Assembly: GCA_017617295.1 (NCBI GenBank)
Contig: JAFZWN010000084.1
Coordinates: forward strand, 7,142 to 71,141
From: Clostridiales bacterium
Lineage (GTDB): Bacteria > Bacillota > Clostridia > Saccharofermentanales > Saccharofermentanaceae
Length of the DNA stretch: 64,000 nt
Direction: 5' to 3'
Shown: positions 1 through 8,217 of the stretch, in pieces
Layout of the letters: the number at the start of each line of letters is the position of its first letter
Numbering within the stretch: the stretch's first letter is position 1
Translations under genes and position numbers: made by a program
Notes under the pieces: model-generated
Databases searched by the model: none
What the model was told of the DNA's origin: nothing
What the model saw: the letters and a program-made list of their open reading frames with translations, nothing else

Positions 1-878
1 CGGACAACAGCTTTGTCATGGGAGTTTCCGATGTGCAGATCAAGGCTGTTTTCGAAGAGATACCATCTTCCGACAGCAACGAGACGCCGGTAGTACCTTT
101 TGACGGACCGTCTGCACCCACGCCTTCTCCGGCGGCAGAGCGCGGAGTTGCAGGCTTTGTCGAGAGGCTATACACAGTGGCTTTGGGCCGCAGATCCGAT
201 CCTGTCGGCAAGCAGGACTGGATCGATGCGATCACCCTTAGAGGGGAGACCGGAGCATCCTGTGCCAGAGGATTCCTTTACAGCCCCGAGTTTTTGAACA
301 AGCAGTGCTCCACTGAAGAATTTGTGACCGTACTCTACAGGACTTTCTTCGACCGCGAGCCCGATCGGGCCGGTTTTAACGCCTGGGTGGAAACACTTAA
401 TAACGGCACTTCCAAGGAAGAAGTAATAGAAGGCTTTATCAACTCCACCGAGTGGGCGAACCTCTGCCTGTTCTACGGAATCAGATCGGGAGGCACGGGC
501 ATTCCGAGCATCGAGATCGAACCCAATCAGGACACTATAGATTTTGCAACGCGTCTTTACACGACCTGCCTGAACCGCGAGGCAGACAGTAACGGCCTGA
601 TGGCCTGGGCCCGTCAGCTTGCCAACCAGCGCGATACCGGAACGGGCGCCGCAAGGGGATTCTTCTTCAGTAATGAGTTCACCGGGCAGAATGTTACGAA
701 CGAAGAGTACGTTAACAGGCTATATAGGACCTTCATGGGGCGCGAAGCCGACGAGGCGGGTTTTACCGCCTGGGTGGCGCAGCTTAACGAAGGCGTCTCC
801 CGCGAGGAGGTCTTTGAAGGCTTCGCGCAATCTCCGGAGTTCACCAGGATCTGCGCTTCATACGGTATAGTAAGGTAA
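1..878 (+). CDS. DUF4214 repeat protein, C-terminal part (5' end lies outside the window)
   Basis: Frame 3 is open from the first bases (..DNSFV precedes the first Met at 18). Three ~70-aa repeats with the DUF4214-like pattern F..RLY...L.R..D..G...W......G.S.EEV..GF..S.EF. TAA at 876-878 is followed by a terminator. Confidence 0.75.
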   Translation, partial: DNSFVMGVSDVQIKAVFEEIPSSDSNETPVVPFDGPSAPTPSPAAERGVAGFVERLYTVALGRRSDPVGKQDWIDAITLRGETGASCARGFLYSPEFLNKQCSTEEFVTVLYRTFFDREPDRAGFNAWVETLNNGTSKEEVIEGFINSTEWANLCLFYGIRSGGTGIPSIEIEPNQDTIDFATRLYTTCLNREADSNGLMAWARQLANQRDTGTGAARGFFFSNEFTGQNVTNEEYVNRLYRTFMGREADEAGFTAWVAQLNEGVSREEVFEGFAQSPEFTRICASYGIVR

Positions 879-889
879 GAATATAAGAA

Positions 890-926
890 GACCGCCCGGG
901 TTCACTTAAACCGGGCGGTCTTTGTT
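890..926 (+). terminator. intrinsic terminator
   Basis: Perfect 10-bp stem GACCGCCCGG / CCGGGCGGTC (890-899 / 911-920), 11-nt loop, then TTTGTT. Confidence 0.8.
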
Positions 927-1261
927 GCATTTGATTTTTTATATTGCGATCGTTCCGGTTCGCGGCTTCCCCCTCATAATGAAGAATACCTCTTTAAATC
1001 TGCTGCCGGGTTTTATCGGGGGCGGGCGGATATATTCTTCGCCCGCAATTGAATAAAATGAGATGATAATAGAATAAATCAATTTTAGACCCGTGAGACC
1101 CGGTTTTCTTTAGTGCCTGTTATCGGCGAAATGACAATCAAGACGGGTATTTTTAGGTGAATATGTTAGTATACGGTCTTTCGCTGAATCTGATAAAATA
1201 ACAGAAATTTGTTGAGTTTATTGAGTTCGTAAAAAGAAATATCATAGAGGGGGAACTTTCA

Positions 1262-4030
1262 ATGCAAAAAAGACTTATGAAGTCTTGCGCTGCTTTTTTG
1301 GCAGTGCTTACCGGCCTGTCTCTGCTTAAGACGGGAACCGTTTCAGCTGCATCCGTAGAGACGCCGCTTCAGGATGCCGTAGTCGGCGAAGGCGGATCGC
1401 TTACCGTGTCGCTCAGTTCCGGAGTGACCAACCTGATGACCGCGACCGACCCTGTCGTCAATTACGGAGATCCTCTGGATTGTGAGATCGACTGGCATCT
1501 GCCCGATTCTTTTATCCTTAACGAAAATGATGTTCTGACTTACGAACTTCCGCCGGTCATCAATTTCGATTACAAATCCGGAGACCTGATGGACGGTAAT
1601 AAAGATCTCGGGGACTATGAGATAAGCGGAAACCGCATTACCATAACGTATACGTCCTACGAATTCTGCCATCAGAGAGAGAGGCAGGGTCATCTGGGAT
1701 TCAGAGGAAGAGTTACAAATGATCCCGATCCCGCGGGAGATCCCGATACGATCACCGTCTCTTTCCCCGGAGTCCGTGATTTTACCCTTACGGTACAAAG
1801 AAGACCTGTAACTGCCCGCCTTTCAGTTGATAAGGACTATCAGATCCTGGATGATACCAATCATATATACAGATTCAGGATCCCGATAACGGCAACGGGT
1901 AATCAGACGGATATTACGGTAAGAGACACCATGTGGCCCGGTATGGAGCTCTATAACGGCTCTATCGGCTCTATGCCCGTTATCTACTCGGATTACGGAA
2001 TGACCACAGAATTTACCGATCATACGCCTTTTGCGATCGAAGCAGGCGACGGAAGGACATTCTCGTGTACGATAAACAATCTTTCCGACGGTCAGACCGT
2101 TTATGTTTATTATGATGTTCAGGTCAGAGATGAGATGTATGACCTGACGACAGGAGATGCCTGGGTCAGAAGCCAGGGATATGTTACATCGACAGGATAC
2201 TATCCGAGCGGATATAACGGTGTGGTTCCCAACAGGGTGACGGTATACAGTACCGAGGCTCCGGATCCCGTAACCAAAGACAGAGACATATACGGAGCGG
2301 GCAATCAGTTTATCAAGTGGCATTCCGCTCCTGTCGGAAATGAGCTTTATTACGGATATCTGAGGTGGCAGCTTGTCGTAAACAGGATAGATCCGAGTGT
2401 GACCTCCGGTTATATTATTGACACTATTCCCGAAAACAATTCTTTCGACATCTCGAATGTTATCGTCTATGACGGCGACACTTTTACCGGGCGTGATGTT
2501 CTGCAGTATCTTGATATAACGACCTCCACAGTATCCGGTCAGACGCAGATCACTTTCAGGTTTAAAGATCCCATGCTTGCCGATCTTAAGACTGCGGGCA
2601 AAGGCATGTATATAGAATATGTTACCCATGTTGACCGGCAATCGGTTCCGACGCTGAGATATGAAAATACCGCAACGCTTTATCTGGATAACTCGTCGTA
2701 CGGTCCTATAACGGCTGATACGAATTATACAAAACCGGACGATGTGTTCAAGACCGGTGAATATTCTCCCGCTACGGCACCTTATGCGGAATATATCGTT
2801 ATAGTCAATCCTGCTGCGCTTGATCTTGATCCTCAGAGCGACAGGCTTATATTGACCGATACGCCCGGTTCCGCTCTGGATATCGATCTGGGATCCATAC
2901 TCGTGAACGGAGTTGCTCCTGATCGTTCTGATATCAGTTTTGATCTTAATACGCATCAGGTATCGATAACGCTTGATGATGCCACATATTACAGGATCAC
3001 ATACAGGGCAAGGGTAAATCTCCAGCCCGGTTCCAGGCTGGATTCGACTAACGCGGAGAATACATGTGCTCTCACAGGGGTCATCTCCAATCAGGGTGAC
3101 GGAACATTTACTATCAACTCGCGTGTATACAACAATGCCGCCACCTCCTCGTCGAGGATCTCATATGTTACTTATAATGTTATAAAGTATGACGCGGATT
3201 CCAATTCGACGCTTCTTCCGGGAGCTGTTTTTGAGATCTCCGAGGCAACGCTTAACGGAACTTCCGTAACAGGCACCACGGTCATCTCGTCACAGACGAC
3301 GGACACTTACGGATTCGCATCTTTTACGGATCTTCTCAGAGGAACATGTTATATGCTGACCGAGACAGAGGCGCCGACGGGATATGAGCGTGATGCTTCT
3401 CCGAGATTTGTTATCTTTGCCGAGAATGATGCTCTCACATATCCTTCGAGCGTTACCTATAACGGATCTTCATATCCGGTAACGGTTATCAGTGCCGCCA
3501 GATCGTCTTTTGACGATAATATCGGCAATACTCCCGTAAGTACTTCAACGCCCACACCAACGGAACCTGTGAACACACCTGCTGCCTCGACTCCCGCGGT
3601 CACCACGCCGGCAGTTACCACACCGGCAGTTACCACCCCTGTGGATTCGGAGAATACGCCTACACCTTCTGTGGCTACGCCGACCGGTTCTTCGTCTGCT
3701 TCGACGCCTGTGCCTACAGGAGCTGTTTCAACTCCGGTGCCTTCCGTTGTTGCTACGATAACGCCCGCGCCCGCGACACCGACTCCGGCAGATAATTCTT
3801 CTTCGCTTGTCCTGAGTCAGGTAAGAGAACCTTCTCCGACGCCGGCGGATACTTCCACCCCCACGCCGACACCTACGCCGCCTTCTGCGGTAACTTCCTC
3901 GAGTCCTGTAGTAAGTACCGGCGAGATATCGGACGCTTATACTTTGTACGGGTTTATCCTGATCTCGGCCGCCTGCTTATTCTCGGCTGTCAGCAGAGTG
4001 AGAAGACGCAGGGATTATTCCGGGTCGTGA
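1262..4030 (+). CDS. cell-surface adhesin-like protein (signal peptide, Cna-B/SpaA-type fold, P/T-rich stalk, sortase-substrate-like C-terminus)
   Basis: 922-aa ORF with SD AGAGGGGGA ~7 nt upstream. N-terminal signal peptide (..TGTVSAAS). Cna-B-like module YNVIKYDADSNSTLLPGAVFEI..YMLTETEAPTGYE. ~130-aa Pro/Thr/Ser stalk. C-terminus is VSTGE + hydrophobic helix + RVRRRRD tail. Confidence 0.8.
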   Translation: MQKRLMKSCAAFLAVLTGLSLLKTGTVSAASVETPLQDAVVGEGGSLTVSLSSGVTNLMTATDPVVNYGDPLDCEIDWHLPDSFILNENDVLTYELPPVINFDYKSGDLMDGNKDLGDYEISGNRITITYTSYEFCHQRERQGHLGFRGRVTNDPDPAGDPDTITVSFPGVRDFTLTVQRRPVTARLSVDKDYQILDDTNHIYRFRIPITATGNQTDITVRDTMWPGMELYNGSIGSMPVIYSDYGMTTEFTDHTPFAIEAGDGRTFSCTINNLSDGQTVYVYYDVQVRDEMYDLTTGDAWVRSQGYVTSTGYYPSGYNGVVPNRVTVYSTEAPDPVTKDRDIYGAGNQFIKWHSAPVGNELYYGYLRWQLVVNRIDPSVTSGYIIDTIPENNSFDISNVIVYDGDTFTGRDVLQYLDITTSTVSGQTQITFRFKDPMLADLKTAGKGMYIEYVTHVDRQSVPTLRYENTATLYLDNSSYGPITADTNYTKPDDVFKTGEYSPATAPYAEYIVIVNPAALDLDPQSDRLILTDTPGSALDIDLGSILVNGVAPDRSDISFDLNTHQVSITLDDATYYRITYRARVNLQPGSRLDSTNAENTCALTGVISNQGDGTFTINSRVYNNAATSSSRISYVTYNVIKYDADSNSTLLPGAVFEISEATLNGTSVTGTTVISSQTTDTYGFASFTDLLRGTCYMLTETEAPTGYERDASPRFVIFAENDALTYPSSVTYNGSSYPVTVISAARSSFDDNIGNTPVSTSTPTPTEPVNTPAASTPAVTTPAVTTPAVTTPVDSENTPTPSVATPTGSSSASTPVPTGAVSTPVPSVVATITPAPATPTPADNSSSLVLSQVREPSPTPADTSTPTPTPTPPSAVTSSSPVVSTGEISDAYTLYGFILISAACLFSAVSRVRRRRDYSGS

Positions 4031-4050
4031 ATAATCCGGTAAGATCTATA

Positions 4051-4084
4051 CGGGTCGGAGATGATCTCCGGCCCGTTTTTTGTT
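4051..4084 (+). terminator. intrinsic terminator
   Basis: CGGGTCGGAGA-TGA-TCTCCGGCCCG hairpin (one G:U pair) followed by TTTTTTGTTTT, 20 nt after the adhesin stop. Confidence 0.8.
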
Positions 4085-4309
4085 TTCGCAGTGGGGATAC
4101 TTAAGCTCCTGATGCACATTCAACCTATTTTGAAAAAAGTCGTTTCAGGTTGTATCGAGTCCAGGAGCTGATAACGTGCAATACGTGCTCTCCTGAAAAT
4201 AGAAAAATTTTTTCAAGATCTTTCGAATATTCCGGTCAAGTTCTGTGTCTTATAGTCAGATGCACCGAAAAGCAGTGCAAAAATTACGGGATAGACGGAG
4301 GATAATCCT

Positions 4310-5227
4310 ATGAAAAAGATCTTATTAACAGGAATCACGACATGTATCGCTTTAAGCATGCTCACAGGCTGTGGAGCAGGAGCCGGCAACGGCGGAAGGG
4401 AAAGAAGCGGCAGGGAAGCCGGAAGGGATACGGATGTACAGGAGCAGGAAGATGAAGCTGCCGGCAGGGATGCAGACGCACATGAGCATGCAGATACCGG
4501 CATCGGCGCTGCCGTTGAAGGCCCTTTGGAAGTCGGCGACACCGTCGAGTTCGGACACTACGAGCAGGATAACGACACATCAAACGGTCCCGAGGAGATC
4601 GAATGGGAAGTTCTGGCATGCGAGGACGGTAAGGCGCTCCTTATCTCCAGGTATATCCTTGACGGCCGTCAGTTCGATTCCGAGACGGCGAGCGAAGTCT
4701 GCTGGGAGAACAGTGACATCAGGGAGTGGATGAACGGTGAGTTTGTGGAGGAGGCTTTTACGGATGATGAGTATGACGCGATCCTTGATACCGAGCTTTC
4801 CACTCATGACCTGAGAACATCCGGCAATGAATACTACACCACGACGGATCGAGTCTTCCTTATGTCTAACGATGACATGATAGAGTACTACGATTACATA
4901 GTCTTTAATGAGGACACCAGGCAGGGCGGTACCCCCGATCTGATGTGCGAGGCTACCGAATATGCCCAGAGCCATAATGTCTATAATTTTGTATACAGAC
5001 GCAATGAAGTGTTTACCATGGATCATCCGATCTCTCTCGACGGCAGGTGCAGTTCCATGTACTGGCTTCGTGACAGCGGCAATTGCTACGCACTCATTAT
5101 GGGTCTTGGCGGAACGACAGGTGACTGGGACAGGGATCAGTGCAGCTCTGCTCTTCCTTACTACAGAAATATCGACAACGATGAGATGGGAGTCCGTCCC
5201 GCGATATGGGTAAGGGTATCGGAGTGA
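4310..5227 (+). CDS. lipoprotein with DUF6273-like C-terminal domain
   Basis: 305 aa. Signal + lipobox MKKILLTGITTCIALSMLTGC, then an acidic low-complexity linker. C-terminal pattern VEFGHYEQD..IEWEVL..LLISRYIL....VRPAIWV, which I recognise as DUF6273-type. SD GGAGGA upstream. Confidence 0.7.
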   Translation: MKKILLTGITTCIALSMLTGCGAGAGNGGRERSGREAGRDTDVQEQEDEAAGRDADAHEHADTGIGAAVEGPLEVGDTVEFGHYEQDNDTSNGPEEIEWEVLACEDGKALLISRYILDGRQFDSETASEVCWENSDIREWMNGEFVEEAFTDDEYDAILDTELSTHDLRTSGNEYYTTTDRVFLMSNDDMIEYYDYIVFNEDTRQGGTPDLMCEATEYAQSHNVYNFVYRRNEVFTMDHPISLDGRCSSMYWLRDSGNCYALIMGLGGTTGDWDRDQCSSALPYYRNIDNDEMGVRPAIWVRVSE

Positions 5228-5379
5228 TCTTTTATAGATCGTATAACAAACGGAAAAGGAACATGAAAGAGTACCAGGCGGAAAAGCCTTCACCGGCTTT
5301 TCCGATCCCGTTGAGTCTGCGGGGATATGCGGCACATACGGGTTCTTAATATATGACAATCTCCTTCTATCCCCAAGAT

Positions 5380-5412
5380 GGTCGTCCGGCTTGTCCGGAC
5401 GGCCTGTTTTTT
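5380..5412 (+). terminator. intrinsic terminator
   Basis: GGTCGTCCGG-CTTG-TCCGGACGGCC hairpin followed by TGTTTTTT. Confidence 0.7.
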
Positions 5413-5506
5413 AAGGATCTTTCGAATATTTAGATCATGTTTTGTGTCTTATTATCGAGAGCGCTGATAAGGGAGGCGCAAATAAATGGAAAAGGAGAAA
5501 AGGATT

Positions 5507-5647
5507 ATGAAGAGGATTATAATTACAGTAATGATAACAGCTATGGCACTTATGCTTCTTACGGGATGCAACGCAGGTCTGACAGAAAAGGCGGTCGAGC
5601 GCTATGGTGAGTTCTTCTATGAGAATATAATGGAAACAGTAAAATAA
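5507..5647 (+). CDS. small lipoprotein (46 aa), absent from the ORF track
   Basis: ATG 5507 (AGGAG 9 nt upstream) to TAA 5645-5647. An in-frame alternative ATG is at 5486 with GGGAGG 9 nt upstream. MKRIIITVMITAMALMLLTGC.. is a lipoprotein signal with lipobox LTGC. It directly precedes the SD-led gene at 5667. Confidence 0.55.
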   Translation: MKRIIITVMITAMALMLLTGCNAGLTEKAVERYGEFFYENIMETVK

Positions 5648-5666
5648 TCGATCAGGAGGAAATGAG

Positions 5667-6194
5667 ATGGGATTTCTTGACAGCTTTAAGGATGCTATGA
5701 AGAGAGGGAGCGAGGCAGCCAACAATTATATCGAGCGCGAGCGTGCCAAGGAGGCTTCGGCCGCGGCAGCGTCTCCGGCAACGGCAAGAACGGCGCCTTC
5801 AGGGGGTACCGGACCTTCAGGCAGATCCTCTTCCACACACAGTACGGCGAACAGGCTTCCTGAAGGGGTATTTGCGATCGCCCTTACACATGATGAGATA
5901 TTTGAGTGTGGTCTGAAGTCTGACGGAACGCCGTTAAGGGTATCGGCTTTTGGCGAGATCAGGATGAAAGCCAAGGATCCTTCTCAGTTTGAAGGAAAGG
6001 ATCAGAGAGCGATCGCCAAAGAGATCATATACGATGCCCTGAGAAACGCTCTTACGGGCAGGGAGGACGATCTCAATGAGCTTAAGAGACTCATGCTGCT
6101 TCCCCGTCAGATCTCACCCGTGATCACGGATGCCTTGAACAGTGCAGGCTTCGAAGCGGCGTTTAAGATGCCGCTTATGCTGAAGCCTCAATAA
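5667..6194 (+). CDS. hypothetical protein (low-complexity linker + ~100-aa C-terminal domain)
   Basis: 175-aa ORF with AGGAGG ~7 nt upstream. Ala/Ser/Pro-rich middle region. I can name no catalytic motif. Confidence 0.6.
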   Translation: MGFLDSFKDAMKRGSEAANNYIERERAKEASAAAASPATARTAPSGGTGPSGRSSSTHSTANRLPEGVFAIALTHDEIFECGLKSDGTPLRVSAFGEIRMKAKDPSQFEGKDQRAIAKEIIYDALRNALTGREDDLNELKRLMLLPRQISPVITDALNSAGFEAAFKMPLMLKPQ

Positions 6195-7027
6195 GAGATC
6201 GTGATCTCTTCACCGGAATGAACGTATCGGAGAGCATCCCCCAGGATGCTCTTCATTATCTTATATGCTTCGACCCCGGTACAGTGGCAGGTGATGAACC
6301 TGGTCGGGTATCTCTTAAGCTCACGGGCTATGTCTTCGATCTCTTTTATCTCGCCGCCGGTATATGCCGATCTTTTCATAAGATGAAAACCGCTGACAAC
6401 GATATCGGGAGCTTTTCCGTATCTGTCCGTAAAGGCGTCAAGGATATTGAGTATGCCGTTATGGGCACACCCTGACAGAAGGACCGTCATATCATCCTGT
6501 CTTATAACAGCGAACTGCTCGTGAGCAAACGTATCGCGGATAAACCCGTTTCCTGTCTTTATGAGAAGACGTTTGTTTGAAGACGGCAGATCACGGCGTC
6601 TGCTCCCTATAGTCATAAGTTCCAGCTCATCATCGATCACGGTGTCCCCGCTAAGGGACCGTATCTGAGGAAGAGACGCGATATCCTTGTCGATCCCGAT
6701 ATATCTGAATCTCGGGGATGCATCTTCCCCGTCATCCGCATAATAATCCCCGCCGGCCGATGCCTGCATATAGATGAGTGCTTTATCGTTGATCTTTGTG
6801 AAAGGGATGATCCCACCCGAATGATCGTAGTGGCCGTGGCTTAATATGACCGTGTCGACCGTCTTGAGATCTATCCCTTTGACCCTGGCATTGGAAAGCG
6901 CGGCTTCTGACGGCCCGAGGTCCACAAGAAGACGGTGCTTACGGGTCTCCGCGTAAAAAGACAGACCGTGCTCAAAAGAGCAGCCGCTCTCGCCTTTTGT
7001 ATCTTCGATAAGATTAACGATCCTCAT
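6188..7027 (-). CDS. MBL-fold metallo-hydrolase
   Basis: 279 aa with the HxHxDH motif (ILSHGHYDHSGG). 4-nt overlap with the upstream methyltransferase gene. Confidence 0.8.
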   Translation of the reverse strand: MRIVNLIEDTKGESGCSFEHGLSFYAETRKHRLLVDLGPSEAALSNARVKGIDLKTVDTVILSHGHYDHSGGIIPFTKINDKALIYMQASAGGDYYADDGEDASPRFRYIGIDKDIASLPQIRSLSGDTVIDDELELMTIGSRRRDLPSSNKRLLIKTGNGFIRDTFAHEQFAVIRQDDMTVLLSGCAHNGILNILDAFTDRYGKAPDIVVSGFHLMKRSAYTGGEIKEIEDIARELKRYPTRFITCHCTGVEAYKIMKSILGDALRYVHSGEEITISY

Positions 7028-7692
7028 TTGACGGCCCAGAACCCTGCCTGCAGGTATGAAGTCCAGAGGACATCCGCCGACCTGAAACCGGTGCTGCGGA
7101 GAAGCTTCAAATGTTCTTCTACGGTTATCGGGAACACCTCGACGCCCCTTCTGTTTATATGATGATCAACGGCTTCCTGCGATCCGAGATGGTCGGAAAG
7201 GAAGTTCTCCCATCTTTTTAGAGCATACGAATCGCTCACAGCTGATGTCATCTTTATATTCTCGAAAGTGATAAACACGCCGTTATCCTTCAGAGCTCTG
7301 TAACAGTTCTCGACTGCCACGCGCCGCGCCTCGGGCTTCAGGTAATGGTGGCACTGAACGGCCGTCACGACATCGAATTCCGAACTGAAAGATAAGGATT
7401 GCGAAGGCTGGGCGATATACTCTATATCCCTGCCTTTAAGTTTTTTCTTTGCTTCCTGAAGCATCTGCTCTGAAGGATCGCACAAAGTGAAGCTGACATC
7501 GCTTCTGCTCTCGAGCACCTTCTTCGCGAGAGTTCCCGTACCGCAGCCGGTATCAAGCCACTTGATATCACTTATGCACATAGCCCTGATCAGATCGATG
7601 ATCTGGTTATGGTATTCGCGGTAATAGGGAAGAGTCGAGACGATCTTTTCATCGTAGATATCCGAATTGTATGCTGACCTGTTATCGTTCAT
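7024..7692 (-). CDS. class I SAM-dependent methyltransferase
   Basis: 222 aa with SAM-binding motif I WLDTGCGTGTLA. Same-strand operon with the flanking genes. Confidence 0.8.
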   Translation of the reverse strand: MNDNRSAYNSDIYDEKIVSTLPYYREYHNQIIDLIRAMCISDIKWLDTGCGTGTLAKKVLESRSDVSFTLCDPSEQMLQEAKKKLKGRDIEYIAQPSQSLSFSSEFDVVTAVQCHHYLKPEARRVAVENCYRALKDNGVFITFENIKMTSAVSDSYALKRWENFLSDHLGSQEAVDHHINRRGVEVFPITVEEHLKLLRSTGFRSADVLWTSYLQAGFWAVK

Positions 7693-7713
7693 CTTTATAC
7701 CCCGCTTATCTGG

Positions 7714-8136
7714 TTATCCTTCCAGAGTGAACCACTGGTCCATTCCTGCGCCGAGGCGGCCGTTGGGTCTTTCCTCAAACCCGAACTTCCTGTAAAAAGG
7801 CTCTTTTCCCTGTGCCGCCATCAGCCCCATCTTTACTTTGTAACCAGGCTTCATATCTGCCTTGATCCTTTGGATGCTCGCTTCAACGAGCTTTCTTCCG
7901 ATGCCCTGCCCCTGGTATCCGGGATCCACGATAACATCCGACAGCATGGCGATATATCCGCCGTCCCAGAGCAGCCGCATCACACCGACCGCCTTATCCC
8001 CGTCTCTGGCGCAGAGGATCATATAGGCATTATCGATCCCCGCCTGAGCTTCCTCGAGAGGGAACTCGCACCAGCCGACCTTCCGCCGGAGCTCCATATA
8101 TTCTTCAGATGTGATGTAATTACTGTAATGTATCAT
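7714..8136 (-). CDS. GNAT family N-acetyltransferase
   Basis: Acetyl-CoA motif QGQGIGRKLV. The track ORF starts at GTG 8169 inside the upstream terminator stem. ATG 8136 sits 7 nt after an extended -10 (TGATATAAT), so I take 8136 as the start. Confidence 0.7.
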   Translation of the reverse strand: MIHYSNYITSEEYMELRRKVGWCEFPLEEAQAGIDNAYMILCARDGDKAVGVMRLLWDGGYIAMLSDVIVDPGYQGQGIGRKLVEASIQRIKADMKPGYKVKMGLMAAQGKEPFYRKFGFEERPNGRLGAGMDQWFTLEG

Positions 8137-8160
8137 GTCCTCTATTATATCATCGGAATA

Positions 8161-8191
8161 TAAAAGCACCCCGCGTTTCTTTTGCGGGGTG
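8161..8191 (-). terminator. intrinsic terminator of the HerA-like gene
   Basis: Minus strand: CACCCCGC-AAAAGAAAC-GCGGGGTG followed by CTTTTA, 27 nt after the stop at 8218. Confidence 0.7.
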
Positions 8192-8217
8192 CCCGGGTTG
8201 TCTTGACTGTGTACTTA

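Noticed and set aside
927-1261. Possible c-di-GMP riboswitch in the 335-nt leader of the adhesin gene, given three GGDEF genes nearby and precedent in clostridial adhesins.
   Set aside because: I could not find the conserved GEMM-I (GCACAGGGCAAACC / GGGACGCAAAGCC) or c-di-GMP-II (..GCAACCGACC..) cores by eye. Only an Infernal scan could settle it.
4100-4200. Alternative pairings of CAGGAGC (4163-4169) with GCTCCTG (4104-4110) or CTCCTG (4189-4194), suggesting an attenuator upstream of the lipoprotein gene.
   Set aside because: The stems are only 6-7 bp with long loops, and no T-tract is adjacent. This is too weak to call without comparative support.
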